Source of the DNA: Lama glama
Lineage: Eukaryota
Direction of reading: 5' to 3'
Length of the DNA stretch: 64,000 nucleotides
Assembly (NCBI GenBank): GCA_028534125.1
Contig: CM052817.1
Coordinates: forward strand, 72,170,001 to 72,234,000
Shown here: piece by piece, positions 63,150 to 64,000 of the stretch
How positions within the stretch are numbered: position 1 is the first letter of the stretch
How the letters are laid out: each line of letters opens with the position of its first letter
Translations under genes and position numbers: made by a program
The notes under the pieces: model-generated
Told to the model about the DNA's origin: nothing
The model's input: the letters and a program-made list of their open reading frames with translations, nothing else
Database searches by the model: none

Positions 63150-64000
63150 GTTGCTTATACAGAAGCTAGAATATATAGAAAATGAAATACACACCTTATC
63201 TCACCATCCAAATAGAACCACCGATAATTCCAATGTTATTTCCTTCTGGGATTCTTAAATTTGCAAACAGACACAGAGACAAGTAGATAAATACCTAGAT
63301 ATCAATATAATTTCTATCTATCAATGTATCCATATCTACGTATTTCACATTTGTTTTATAATTTTCTTTTTCTACTTAATACATCGAACACTCTGAGAAA
63401 AACTTTGACCAACTTATTCAATTTATTATTGAAACAATGTAGAATGGTCTTGCTGTTGGGTCTATAAATGTAGACATAAACTGCTTCAAGAATGAACATA
63501 GTGTAGAATTTAAAATTTTTATGTAAGATTAAAAATAAAACGTATTAACACCTACCTCTAATTTTACTTTTAGTCTTAAGAATTAGAATATAAAATTGTA
63601 AACTAATGAAGAATATTTCTAATTCTCTTGAAATAGGAAGATAAACTTATTTTTAAAGAATATTATAACTGTTTTGAAATTTTAAGTTGTATATCAATTT
63701 TAAAGTAAAAATTTTATGTTTTAACTTTGAAATGTCTTTATTGTTATAATTTGATCCATAAGTATTTGCTGGTATTGGTGGTAACATAACTTTTGATTTA
63801 GTCTTTATTTGTGATTTTTTTTCTATGACTTATTTGTATATTAGTTTAGGTGCTTTTAGGCATGCTTGCAATATTTTGGAAAAAAAATTTTATTAGCCAT
63901 GTAAACCCTGTTCTAAATTTCTTGACATTTTTATTATTCAAGATAGGATTGATGAAGCTTTTTACCACATTTAAGAGTTCATATACATAGTAATGCTGCA
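63150..64000 (-). mobile_element. Highly degenerate L1ME fragments
   Basis: atctcaccatccaaatagaaccacc..., ttgatccataagtatt, ttttgatttagtc. Confidence 0.35.

Overview
Mammalian, AT-rich, CpG-depleted non-coding DNA (intronic or intergenic) with one 500-N assembly gap at 21971-22470. Three tRNA-derived SINEs resemble the camelid Vic-1 family, and I saw no ruminant Bov-A/BovB or primate Alu elements, so a camelid genome is likely (inference). I found no supportable protein-coding gene. The only ORFs with recognisable protein motifs are LINE-1 ORF2 remnants (54754-55035 + and 59637-59885 -). Much of the window is interspersed repeat: L1 of several ages, L2, MIR, MaLR/MLT LTRs, ERV1 solo LTRs, MER58, Tigger1 and microsatellites, often nested. 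The most interesting observations are: (i) a minus-strand TATA-Inr-donor module followed by two well-formed candidate exons at 50.1-52.6 kb, a possible spliced lncRNA or 5'UTR; (ii) a CpG-retaining segment with a strong minus-strand donor running into the gap; (iii) four co-oriented ERV1 solo LTRs within 7 kb, each with its own target-site duplication (TSD); (iv) a twin-primed, 5'-inverted L1 with a possible short 3' transduction; (v) multi-level transposon nesting. Family names come from recalled consensus motifs, not a database search, and boundaries of old repeats are approximate. I cannot demonstrate a new biological system from sequence alone.
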